Assembly: GCA_045805065.1 (NCBI GenBank) | Contig: JBJMMA010000128.1 | Location: 1-10,126 of the forward strand | Direction of reading: 5' to 3' | Origin: Bdellovibrionia bacterium | GTDB taxonomy: Bacteria; Bdellovibrionota; UBA1018 | DNA: 10,126 nt | Shown: piece by piece, positions 1-7,947 of the stretch | Layout of the letters: each line of letters starts with the position of its first letter | Numbering within the stretch: position 1 is the stretch's first letter | Position numbers and translations under genes: made by a program | Notes under the pieces: generated by a model | The model's input: the letters and a program-made list of their open reading frames with translations, nothing else | The model's database searches: none | What the model was told of the DNA's origin: nothing

Positions 1-198
1 CATCTTGGATTGAATCGCCTTGAGACGCTCACCCAGCTCATGACAATTCGGGCGCGCTGGCTCAGGCTGAGTCGTTGCCGGAGGTGCCACTTCAGCAGGC
101 ATGACAGCATTGAAAAGCACGGTATTCAGCTCTTCAGCCTGCGCACCGACGGTGAAAAGTGACATCACGGCAACAATTGAAGCAACGATCAGTTTCAT
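1..198 (-). CDS. Hypothetical secreted protein, 5' part only (runs off the left edge)
   Basis: Hand translation from ATG at 198 gives MKLIVASIVAVMSLFTVGAQA-EELNTVLFNAVMPAEVAPPATTQPEPARPNCHELGERLKAIQSKM..., open to position 1. It has a Sec signal peptide (basic start, hydrophobic core, A-Q-A cleavage site) and a purine-rich GGGGGAAA just upstream on the - strand. Confidence 0.8.
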   Translation of the reverse strand, partial: MKLIVASIVAVMSLFTVGAQAEELNTVLFNAVMPAEVAPPATTQPEPARPNCHELGERLKAIQSKM

Positions 199-259
199 GG
201 ATTTCCCCCAATAGTTTAAAAGAGTTATAAAACCCCGACCCACCAGCCATATCACCTCG

Positions 260-283
260 TTCTGAAAATCCAAAACTTCAGAA
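260..283. promoter_or_regulatory. Inverted repeat TTCTGAA-N10-TTCAGAA, candidate transcription-factor site in a divergent promoter region
   Basis: Perfect 7-bp arms at 260-266 and 277-283, within the 156-bp gap between the secreted-protein gene and rlmE. Confidence 0.35.
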
Positions 284-354
284 AGATACAGTTTTTGGGG
301 CCGCCGCATTAAAGTTCAGTTGCATAACTCCCCGCGTCTTGAGAGAGACAGGCC

Positions 355-972
355 ATGGGCTACAATCCTAAAGATTACTTCTTTCACAAAGCTAAGAAAG
401 AAAACTACGCCGCGCGCTCAGTGTTTAAGCTTGAGGAAATTGACGAGCGTTTTCATATTCTTAAGCCGGGTTACAAGATCCTCGATCTTGGAGCGGCACC
501 TGGCTCATGGTCGCAATACGCTTCTCAAAAAGTGGGGCAGCAAGGCCGCGTGCTGGGAATCGATATCCAGCCCATTAAGCTGACCCTGCCAAACTCGGTC
601 TTCATCACGGCCGATATGCGCCAGTTAAATCTCGATCAGGTGATGACCGAAAACGGCATCGCGCCTCCTTTTGATGTCGTTCTCTCGGACATGGCGCCAA
701 AGACCACCGGCATTCGCATTACGGACGCCCAACGATCCCTGGAGCTTTGTGAGCTTGCGCTTTCGACGGCTGAGCGGTTTTTAAGACCTCGCGGCAGCTT
801 TGTTGCCAAGCTCTTTCACAGCGAGGAGTTCGACAAGTTCCGCAACGATCTTCGCGAGCGTTTTGGACGCGTCGAAGTTCTTCGCCCAAAAAGCACCCGC
901 AAAGAGAGCAAAGAGATTTTCTTTATCGGGCTGCTCTACAAAGGCGCTGCCAAAAAGCCGGAGCAGGCCTGA
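355..972 (+). CDS. rlmE: 23S rRNA (uridine 2552-2'-O)-methyltransferase RlmE/FtsJ
   Basis: N-terminal KAKKENYAARSVFKL, SAM-binding LDLGAAPGSW, VLSDMAP, FVAKL and STRKESKEIF. The K-D-K-E catalytic tetrad of the RrmJ family is present; 205 aa. Confidence 0.95.
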   Translation: MGYNPKDYFFHKAKKENYAARSVFKLEEIDERFHILKPGYKILDLGAAPGSWSQYASQKVGQQGRVLGIDIQPIKLTLPNSVFITADMRQLNLDQVMTENGIAPPFDVVLSDMAPKTTGIRITDAQRSLELCELALSTAERFLRPRGSFVAKLFHSEEFDKFRNDLRERFGRVEVLRPKSTRKESKEIFFIGLLYKGAAKKPEQA

Positions 973-1628
973 TGTTTGTCTTTTCGAATTTGGCCACAAG
1001 CCTGGATGGCAAAATCGCAACCGCCAGTCGCGAGCCGTTTTACCTGGGCACGCCTGCGGACCGCAAACAAATGCAGGTTCTCAGAAAAAAGTGCGACATC
1101 CTTTTAATGGGTGCGGGCACCCTGCGCGCCTATCAAAAGTTTTGCGGCGTACGAGGCGCCCCATCCAATCGCCAGCCAGCCAATGCAATTGTCAGCGGCT
1201 CTCTGGAAGGCATCTCGCCCCGCTGGAGTTTTTTCCAGGATCCAGAGCTCAAGCGCCTCTTGTTCGTTACGTCTCCCAAGGGCCTGACCGCTACACGACG
1301 CAAAGAGTTTGAGAAAACTTCCGAGATTATCGAACTTGCGCCAGCAACGGCGCGCAGGCCCACGGCTTCTCAAATTATTCAGGCCTTGGAAAAACGCGGC
1401 TATAAGCGCCTTCTTGTCGAAGGGGGCGGTGAGATGATGTGGCACTTTGCGAGCCAGAATCTCATCAATGAGTACAACGTCACCCTGACGCCCAAGATCG
1501 TGGGCGGAACAAGTTCACCGACTCTGGTCGAAGGCCAAGGCTTTGCCCCTGAAGATATCCTTCAGCTCAAACTCAAGCAGTGCAAACGTCTTGGAGATGA
1601 GCTTTATCTGGTTTACCAAAAGCGATAA
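972..1628 (+). CDS. Stand-alone RibD C-terminal (dihydrofolate reductase-fold) reductase, pyrimidine reductase-like
   Basis: ATSLDGKIA, LMGAGTLR, LLVEGGG and TLTPKIVGG..SPTLVEG are typical RibD_C motifs. There is no N-terminal deaminase domain. The start overlaps the rlmE stop (TGATG, 970-974). Confidence 0.88.
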   Translation: MFVFSNLATSLDGKIATASREPFYLGTPADRKQMQVLRKKCDILLMGAGTLRAYQKFCGVRGAPSNRQPANAIVSGSLEGISPRWSFFQDPELKRLLFVTSPKGLTATRRKEFEKTSEIIELAPATARRPTASQIIQALEKRGYKRLLVEGGGEMMWHFASQNLINEYNVTLTPKIVGGTSSPTLVEGQGFAPEDILQLKLKQCKRLGDELYLVYQKR

Positions 1629-1631
1629 GCC

Positions 1632-1835
1632 TTAAGGGATGCTCGAAGAACGCAGGCAGTTTTTGGGACAGGCTGCCGAGATCTCGATGGCGAACTGCTT
1701 CCAGACTTTAAAGACGCTGCCGCGAAAACTGGATTGAATGCCGATGAGAAGCGCCAGTGAGACTGACAGCATCAAAAGGTATTCGACCAAAACTTGGCCG
1801 TCTTCAGATGTGCGAAGCGACTGAGGCATTCTCAT
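1632..1835 (-). CDS. Flp/TadE-like type IVb (Tad) prepilin or minor pilin
   Basis: A short polar leader ends in G, followed by Q-V-L-V-E-Y (prepilin peptidase motif G|xxxxEY) and a hydrophobic helix LLMLSVSLALLIGI. The C-terminus is AACPKNC; 67 aa. An alternative ATG lies at 1829. Confidence 0.75.
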   Translation of the reverse strand: MRMPQSLRTSEDGQVLVEYLLMLSVSLALLIGIQSSFRGSVFKVWKQFAIEISAACPKNCLRSSSIP

Positions 1836-1865
1836 AATACATATTCTAAGGTAGGATGGGCTCTA

Positions 1866-2498
1866 ATGACAAACGAAGCTCCAGGATCCGACAGGTCCGA
1901 CGCAACCAATGGAAATAACAAGGGTTTTAAGGGTACTTTTTTTAAGGCACTCGTTCCGTTGGTTGTCATTCTTGCCATTATTGTCGTTGGGCTTCAGCTG
2001 GTGAAGTACAAGCTGAACTCTGGCACGTCCGCTCGTCCGGAGGCGCAAGGTGACGTGGCCACTCTGAAAGAGGGCACCGTCCTGCCTGATTTTGATCTTC
2101 AGACCTTGGATGGAAAGAAACTCAAATATTCGGACCTTAAGGCAAAAGTAGTTCTTTTGAATTTTTGGGCAACCTGGTGCGAAGCCTGCGTCGTTGAGAT
2201 GCCTTCGATCGTGAAGCTCAATCAGATGTACAAAGATAAAGGTCTCACCGTGGTCGCAGTGAACCTCGATGAGAAACCTGAGGCTGTTGTTCCCAAGGCA
2301 GCCAAACAACTCAAGATCGATTTTCCAGTTTATGTCGACGCTGGTGGAAAGCTTGCTGATCTCTTTGATGTTCATGCCATTCCGCTGACGATCATTCTGA
2401 ATCAGGACCGCAAGGTTCTTTATGTCGAGGGCGGTGAACGCGACTGGACAGATTCAGAGATGAAGACAAAAATGGATGAATGGGTCAGTCAGAAGTAA
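1866..2498 (+). CDS. TlpA/ResA-family membrane-anchored thiol:disulfide oxidoreductase
   Basis: N-terminal TM helix (LVPLVVILAIIVVGLQLV), PDFDLQTLDG, LNFWATWCEACVVEMP (CxxC) and cis-Pro loop HAIPLT. The start is placed at ATG 1866 (AAGGTAGGA upstream) rather than TTG 1794, which would overlap the pilin gene. Confidence 0.92.
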   Translation: MTNEAPGSDRSDATNGNNKGFKGTFFKALVPLVVILAIIVVGLQLVKYKLNSGTSARPEAQGDVATLKEGTVLPDFDLQTLDGKKLKYSDLKAKVVLLNFWATWCEACVVEMPSIVKLNQMYKDKGLTVVAVNLDEKPEAVVPKAAKQLKIDFPVYVDAGGKLADLFDVHAIPLTIILNQDRKVLYVEGGERDWTDSEMKTKMDEWVSQK

Positions 2499-2509
2499 GC
2501 TCGGATAAA

Positions 2510-3214
2510 ATGAACGCAGACAAATTGGGCTCGGTGAGCCGACAAGATTCCGGGTTCTCGCTTCCTCTTTTTGTGACCCGCGAGAACAAGCTCCTGGTAG
2601 GAGCAGTGACCTTTGTAGTCGCCGGAGGCGTGTATCTCATTTCGAACCACTATCCTATTTTCGAGCCCAAGCTTCTTCCCATGACGGCCTGGGACCAGGC
2701 GATCCCATTCATTCCTCAAACCGTCTGGATCTATGTCAGTGAGTACATCTACTTCATCGTGATTTACGCACTTTGCCGCGAGACGCTGAATATGAACCGC
2801 TATGTCTATGCCGTTCTTGCAATCCAGTTCGTCAGCGTTGCCATCTTCTGGGCATGGCCAACGACATATCCAAGGCATCTCTTTCCGCTTCCGGACACGC
2901 TGGATTCATTGACCTACAAACTCTTTGCCTCTTTGCGTGAGGGCGATAGCCCGAACAACTGCGCTCCAAGCCTTCATGTGAGCAGCGTTCTTCTTTGCGC
3001 TTTTCTGTTTTTTAATGAGCAGCGCGAGAAGCTTTGGTTCTTTCTCACCTGGGGAGCCATGATCTCGCTCTCAACGCTGACAACCAAGCAACACTACATT
3101 GTGGATGTGGTCAGTGGATTGATGATGGCAATCCTCTTTCACTGGCTCTTTTATCGGCGTATTTCGTATCACGAACCCCGGACGACTGGCCATGCGACAA
3201 GCCCTGTTTCCTAA
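2510..3214 (+). CDS. PAP2-superfamily integral membrane protein, Aur1/inositol-phosphorylceramide-synthase-like (PAP2_3) subtype
   Basis: About six hydrophobic segments, C2-like NNCAPSLHV and C3-like STLTTKQHYIVDVVSG. The classical C1 Kx6RP motif is absent (WPTTYPR instead). ATG 2510 is preferred over 2480, which overlaps the tlpA-like gene; the start is uncertain. Confidence 0.85.
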   Translation: MNADKLGSVSRQDSGFSLPLFVTRENKLLVGAVTFVVAGGVYLISNHYPIFEPKLLPMTAWDQAIPFIPQTVWIYVSEYIYFIVIYALCRETLNMNRYVYAVLAIQFVSVAIFWAWPTTYPRHLFPLPDTLDSLTYKLFASLREGDSPNNCAPSLHVSSVLLCAFLFFNEQREKLWFFLTWGAMISLSTLTTKQHYIVDVVSGLMMAILFHWLFYRRISYHEPRTTGHATSPVS

Positions 3215-3215
3215 A

Positions 3216-3620
3216 ATGAGAATCAAGACCCTTGGCTTTGCTGTTTTAAGCTTAGCGGCTCTGGCATCCTGCACCACTGAAATGCTTTCCCCATCCGGAA
3301 TGCCGATCACTGCGCCGACCACTCGGCCTCAACCTCCGAAAGTAGATCCCATTACCATCCATGGCAAGCAATACGGCGGAGGCTTCAACCAGGGCGTGCT
3401 TCCGATCTCTGATGCAGCTTCAGGAAAGAAGATCAAAAACGTAACGATCTACAGTTATCCCGATAATGGAGAACAGGCCGTGTTCTTCAAGTCGATGAAG
3501 CTTGTGAACAATGATCAGGAGATCCTGATTGAAAACGAAGTCGGCGACAAGTTTCTCTTCAATATCAAGACTGAGAAAGTCAAACCGGCCAAAACCAATA
3601 AGGTCAAACCTACTCGTTAA
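3216..3620 (+). CDS. Hypothetical lipoprotein
   Basis: ATG 1 nt after the PAP2 stop gives MRIKTLGFAVLSLAA-LASC, a lipobox with Cys19. A Pro/Thr-rich tether precedes a beta-rich domain and a Lys-rich tail; 134 aa. Confidence 0.8.
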   Translation: MRIKTLGFAVLSLAALASCTTEMLSPSGMPITAPTTRPQPPKVDPITIHGKQYGGGFNQGVLPISDAASGKKIKNVTIYSYPDNGEQAVFFKSMKLVNNDQEILIENEVGDKFLFNIKTEKVKPAKTNKVKPTR

Positions 3621-3635
3621 CGAGCGTGACCGCTC
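3613..3635. terminator. Short hairpins between convergent genes, possible weak bidirectional terminator
   Basis: A perfect palindrome CTCGTTAACGAG (3613-3624) overlaps a GAGCG-TGAC-CGCTC stem-loop (3622-3635) at the 16-bp gap between the lipoprotein and hutI stops. There is no U-tract. Confidence 0.25.
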
Positions 3636-3636
3636 A

Positions 3637-4878
3637 TCAAGAAGCGTTTCCGCTCCATGCAAACCGGTAGTAGAGTTCTTCAAAGCGAGCAAAAGGCAGC
3701 ACGACAAAGTCGGCATCCATTCCTCGCGCAATCGTTCCCTTGCTGTGATGCAGATCCAGAGCCTTTGCCGCGTTGTAAGTTACGGCAGCAAAGATCTCAG
3801 CCCGCCTCATGCCCAGGTACAGTGCTGCAATCGTCATGATCGTAGGAAGGTTCAAAGTGACGCAGGTACCGGGATTGAAATCCGTTGATAACGCTACAGC
3901 TGCGCCTGCGTCGATGAGTTTACGGGCTGGGGCATGCGCTTCCTTAAGATAAAACGCAGTGCCGGGCAAAAGAACTGCGACAGTGTTCGAGCTCGCAAGC
4001 GCTGAAATCCCATCATCTGAAATCTTCAGAAGATGGTCCGCGGATAAGGCTCCAATCTCAGTGGCAAAGCGGGCGGATTCTGTATTGGCAAGCTCATCGG
4101 CATGCACTTTCACCTTGAGGCCAAGCTTTTTGGCCTGCCTTAAAAGCATGCGGCCTTCGTCCACCGTGTAGTAGCCGCGATCAATAAACACATCGCATGC
4201 GTCGGCAAGCTTTCTTCGCGCAACCTCTGGAAGCATGTCTTTCACAAGGCACTCAAGATAAGCCTCGCGTGGCATATCTTTTGGAAACGCATGCGCTCCA
4301 AGAAAAGTCGTCGAAAAGGTCATTTCAGGAAAACGCTTTTTCAAACGATTGGCGACTTCCAGAACCTTGAGCTCAGACTCAGCAGAAAGTCCGTAACCGC
4401 TTTTGATCTCAAGAGTGCGCACGCCATAGGACTTGGATTCTTGAACACGAGCAATCGCTAGCTTTTCAAGCTGAGCAGGCGTTGCTTCACGTGTGGCCTT
4501 AACGCTTGCAACGATTCCACCGCCCCGGGCTGCAATCTCTTCGTAAGTTGCGCCACCGCAACGCTCAGCAAACTCATCCGAGCGATCGCCTGCAAAAACG
4601 AGGTGCGTATGGCAATCGACAAGCCCTGGAATCACGGCTTGAGTGCCACGCAAATTTTTCTTACCGACTTTTGCGTACTTCTTGGGAAGATCCGATGTTT
4701 TTCCCACCCACTCGATGCGATCAGGGATCTCTTTTCCCCCGACCTTGCGAGTGCGGTACACAAGTGCGCCATCCTCGATGCGACCCAGATCATCTTCGAT
4801 GGGTCGGCGTCCGTCTTTATTGCGAACACCGACCCCGGTTAAGATCTCGCTGGCGTGAATGAGCGCTTTTAAAGCCAT
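3637..4878 (-). CDS. hutI: Imidazolonepropionase
   Basis: PGLVDCHTHLVFAG (HxH metal site), GATYEEIAARGGGI, EIKSGYGL, FLGAHAFP, KVHADEL, SADHL, LLPGT and STDFNPG. It lies 6 bp downstream of hutU. Confidence 0.97.
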   Translation of the reverse strand: MALKALIHASEILTGVGVRNKDGRRPIEDDLGRIEDGALVYRTRKVGGKEIPDRIEWVGKTSDLPKKYAKVGKKNLRGTQAVIPGLVDCHTHLVFAGDRSDEFAERCGGATYEEIAARGGGIVASVKATREATPAQLEKLAIARVQESKSYGVRTLEIKSGYGLSAESELKVLEVANRLKKRFPEMTFSTTFLGAHAFPKDMPREAYLECLVKDMLPEVARRKLADACDVFIDRGYYTVDEGRMLLRQAKKLGLKVKVHADELANTESARFATEIGALSADHLLKISDDGISALASSNTVAVLLPGTAFYLKEAHAPARKLIDAGAAVALSTDFNPGTCVTLNLPTIMTIAALYLGMRRAEIFAAVTYNAAKALDLHHSKGTIARGMDADFVVLPFARFEELYYRFAWSGNAS

Positions 4879-4884
4879 CTCTGC

Positions 4885-6555
4885 TTACCGAAGCATTGGG
4901 ATCTTGCCGCCGCGCTCTTCAAACGCGGTTTTGCCGATCTTTTGCGCGGTCTCATATCCTGCGTCAGCATGACGAACAATGCCCATGCCGCAATCGCTGT
5001 TGAGAACACGAGTCAGGCGCCAATCCGCGTCTGCTGTACCGTCGGCAACGACTACCATTCCCGAGTGGATTGAGTATCCGATACCCACACCGCCACCGTG
5101 ATGAAGGCTTGTCCAAGATGCACCGTTCACGGAGTTCACAAGAGCATTCAGGAGCGGCCAATCGGCAATCGCATCCGAACCATCCTTCATCGCTTCGGTC
5201 TCACGATTTGGAGATGCGACAGAACCGCAATCCAGATGGTCGCGACCGATGACGATTGGAGCCTTCACTTTGCCGGTTCTCACGAGCTCATTGAAGAGAA
5301 GGCCTGCCTTTTCGCGCTGGCCATAGCCCAGCCAGCAAATACGAGCAGGAAGTCCTTGGAACGCGATGCGCTTTTGAGCCATCGTGATCCAGCGATGAAG
5401 TCCCTGATCTTCCGGGAAGAGCTTAAGAAGCGCTTCGTCGGTCACGCGGATATCTTCTGGATCACCCGAGAGCGCAACCCAGCGGAACGGGCCACGTCCT
5501 TCGCAAAACTGTGGGCGAATGTAGGCAGGAACAAATCCTGGGAATTTAAACGCGTCACTCACACCGGCCTTAACAGCTTGAGCGCGAATATTGTTCCCGT
5601 AATCGAAGACATGCGAGCCAAGTTTTTGGAACCCAAGCATCGCTTGAACGTGCTGACCCATGCTGTCGATTGCTTTTTGGATATAAGCTTTAGGATCGCG
5701 GGTTCTCAAAAGCTCAGCTTGTTCCAACGACATGCCTGCTGGAACGTAGCCATTGAGCTCATCGTGCGCGCTCGTTTGATCTGTCACGAGATCAGGCTTG
5801 AAGCCCATTTCAAGAAGACGAGGGAAAACTTCAGCGGCGTTTCCGATGACGCCGATACTGACTGCTTTCTTTTCTTTCTTATATTTCTCAACGCGTTTGA
5901 GCGCGTCTTCAAGCGAGTCAGCGATCTCATCGAGATAGCGCGTCTCAATGCGGCGACGTGCGCGAAGTGGATCGATCTCCACGTTCAGAGATACAGCGCC
6001 TGCCATCGAGGCAGCCAGAGGTTGGGCGCCACCCATTCCGCCAAGGCCCGCGGTTAAGATCACGCGGCCTGCGAGATCTCCACCAAAGTGCTGGCGACCT
6101 GCTTCTGCAAAAGTCTCATAGGTACCTTGAACGATTCCCTGCGTGCCGATGTAAATCCAGGAACCCGCCGTCATCTGGCCATACATGATCAAGCCGCGAT
6201 CTTCGAGCTCGCGGAAGTAATCCCAGGTTGCCCATTTTGGAACCAAGTTGGAATTGGCAAGAAGAACCCGTGGTGCCAAAGGATGAGTCGGCATCACTGC
6301 AACTGGCTTTCCGCTTTGGATCAAGAGGGTTTGATCATCGCGAAGCTCCTTCAGAGTCGCCACGATCGCATCAAAGGATTCCCAATTGCGCGCGGCGCGG
6401 CCGTTTCCGCCATAGACAACGAGGTCCTCGGGGCGCTCTGCCACTTCCGGATCGAGGTTGTTCATGAGCATTCTTAGAGCAGCTTCTTGCTGCCAGCCTT
6501 TGCAACTCAGTTCAGTACCGCGCGCGGCGCGGACGGTGCGGGATTGGGATGTCAT
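4885..6555 (-). CDS. hutU: Urocanate hydratase (urocanase)
   Basis: [83 protein letters not shown] and HHGGGVGIG. The start is ATG 6555 (homolog-like N-terminus [13 protein letters not shown]) or ATG 6573 (SD-like GAGTGA 9 nt upstream). Confidence 0.98.
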   Translation of the reverse strand: MTSQSRTVRAARGTELSCKGWQQEAALRMLMNNLDPEVAERPEDLVVYGGNGRAARNWESFDAIVATLKELRDDQTLLIQSGKPVAVMPTHPLAPRVLLANSNLVPKWATWDYFRELEDRGLIMYGQMTAGSWIYIGTQGIVQGTYETFAEAGRQHFGGDLAGRVILTAGLGGMGGAQPLAASMAGAVSLNVEIDPLRARRRIETRYLDEIADSLEDALKRVEKYKKEKKAVSIGVIGNAAEVFPRLLEMGFKPDLVTDQTSAHDELNGYVPAGMSLEQAELLRTRDPKAYIQKAIDSMGQHVQAMLGFQKLGSHVFDYGNNIRAQAVKAGVSDAFKFPGFVPAYIRPQFCEGRGPFRWVALSGDPEDIRVTDEALLKLFPEDQGLHRWITMAQKRIAFQGLPARICWLGYGQREKAGLLFNELVRTGKVKAPIVIGRDHLDCGSVASPNRETEAMKDGSDAIADWPLLNALVNSVNGASWTSLHHGGGVGIGYSIHSGMVVVADGTADADWRLTRVLNSDCGMGIVRHADAGYETAQKIGKTAFEERGGKIPMLR

Positions 6556-6579
6556 ATGAAACCCATACAACATTTATCG

Positions 6580-6590
6580 AAGTCACTCAA
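6580..6590. repeat. 11-bp direct repeat AAGTCACTCAA, copy 1 (contains the sensor-kinase stop codon)
   Basis: Exact match to 8619-8629; the flanking bases differ on both sides. Confidence 0.85.
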
Positions 6591-7947
6591 CGCTTGCGGC
6601 CGAGAGATCCAGGACGACCCGACCTAGTTGCCCGTCGTTCAAAAACTGAGTATGCCAGCCAAAAACCTTGGAAATCGCGTCCACGGTGGCAAGCCCCAAA
6701 CCGTGGCTTTTCTTACTGGCAATCGGGCCTCGATTAAATGGCTGACCTAATCGAGCAAGAACCTCGGGCGGTACTCCACCTCCTCGGTCGATCACTTCAA
6801 TCCTAAGCCCGTTCAAAATCAGATCAATCGGTTCAGTCGAGGGCGAGTAGTTCAAGGAGTTCGAAATCAGATTGGCCAGAATAATTTCAAGATAAGCCAG
6901 ATTAACCGCCACCTTGGTCAAATCAGTGGGAGCCCCAAGTTCAAGCCGGATGCGGTTTGCCCCTCGGCTCTCAAAGCGGGAAACCGCCTTTTTCAGAACG
7001 GATTCCAATGTCACAACATGAATATTGTGGCGTGCGGGCGCTGCCTCGACCTCTGCCCAAAGCAAGAAAGCCGATACCGTTTCAGAAATGGATTGGATTT
7101 CTCGATCGATGGATGAGGCGACGGTGTCCTTGATGTCGCCTTTTCGTCGCGCCGCTTCGATCTCAGCTGAGATACCGGCCATGGGTGTCTTGAGTTCGTG
7201 CGCGAGATTGTACGACCAGACTCGAGAGATTTCATAGCCACGGTTCACACGTGTGACGAGCGCGTTCAACCCCTGCACCAGGCGATAGAACTCATCGCGC
7301 GATACTTCAGATTCCCGGTCAAGGTTACTTGCGCTGATCTGTGGAAGAACGGATGCGGACATCGACAAGAGCGCGATTTCATCCACCTTCTCCGACAGAC
7401 GTTGCAGAGGAGCCAGCAGGCTTTTCGCAAACGAAGCGGCAATGACCAAACCAATCGCAAGCAAGCCGATGATCTCAAGACAGTCCCGGACCGAAATGGC
7501 GGGATTGATCATCAAGCTTCGATTGAAGATCGCGCCCACTTCTAGAATTTTTCCGGGATACTTTTTCATCGGAAGGTTCAGCACACGAATGAAATCACCC
7601 GTCGTGTGATGAGTGACCCAGGGCGCGTGATAGTCAATTTCACTATAAGGGACGAGCTTTGCCGCTCCACTTTCAAAGAGGACGGGCCCGTTTACATCCC
7701 GAATGACAAAAAACTTTCCAATGCGATTATCTCCCAGGACTTGAGAGATCAGGGCGTCGGCCTTCTTTTCGTCTTTCAATGCGACTTCAACGAGACTCGA
7801 GGAAACGATCGCTTGTGCTGCCGAATCGATGTCGGCATCAAGCAGGCTCAAGCGCTCGCCATTGATGAAATAATTGTCCAACAGGGTCGCGCAGGTGGCG
7901 ACAATCAGAAGCAAAAGAGCAAGAAAGGCAAAGAGCCTAAGTCTCAA
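6583..7947 (-). CDS. Two-component sensor histidine kinase (2 TM, periplasmic domain, HAMP-like linker, HisKA, HATPase_c)
   Basis: TM1 at the N-terminus and TM2 IIGLLAIGLVIAASF. H-box LAHELKTPM, N-box NLISNSLNYS, G1 DRGGG, F-box QPFNRG, G2 GLGL. The TTG start has AGGG upstream and overlaps the regulator's 3' end by 11 nt. Confidence 0.93.
   Translation of the reverse strand: MRLRLFAFLALLLLIVATCATLLDNYFINGERLSLLDADIDSAAQAIVSSSLVEVALKDEKKADALISQVLGDNRIGKFFVIRDVNGPVLFESGAAKLVPYSEIDYHAPWVTHHTTGDFIRVLNLPMKKYPGKILEVGAIFNRSLMINPAISVRDCLEIIGLLAIGLVIAASFAKSLLAPLQRLSEKVDEIALLSMSASVLPQISASNLDRESEVSRDEFYRLVQGLNALVTRVNRGYEISRVWSYNLAHELKTPMAGISAEIEAARRKGDIKDTVASSIDREIQSISETVSAFLLWAEVEAAPARHNIHVVTLESVLKKAVSRFESRGANRIRLELGAPTDLTKVAVNLAYLEIILANLISNSLNYSPSTEPIDLILNGLRIEVIDRGGGVPPEVLARLGQPFNRGPIASKKSHGLGLATVDAISKVFGWHTQFLNDGQLGRVVLDLSAASVE

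Noticed and set aside
310..336. TAAAGTT resembling a sigma-28 -35 element upstream of rlmE
   Set aside because: No GCCGATAA-like -10 element at the expected spacing.
320..1445. Alternative-frame and antisense ORFs over rlmE and the reductase (320-583, 781-1020, 800-1312, 1104-1445, 1133-1363)
   Set aside because: They overlap well-supported genes and have atypical composition with no motifs.
1794..1865. Longer TTG start for the TlpA-like gene
   Set aside because: It would overlap the pilin gene head-to-head; ATG 1866 has a better SD-like sequence.
3192..3215. Upstream ATG for the lipoprotein
   Set aside because: It overlaps the PAP2 gene; ATG 3216 gives a canonical lipoprotein signal peptide.
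5098..6057. 319-aa + strand ORF
   Set aside because: It lies wholly antisense to the highly conserved hutU and has no recognisable motifs; a shadow ORF.
6556..6575. Possible HutC box upstream of hutU (TTGTAT on the - strand)
   Set aside because: Only one half-site is present; the matching TACA/GACA arm is missing.
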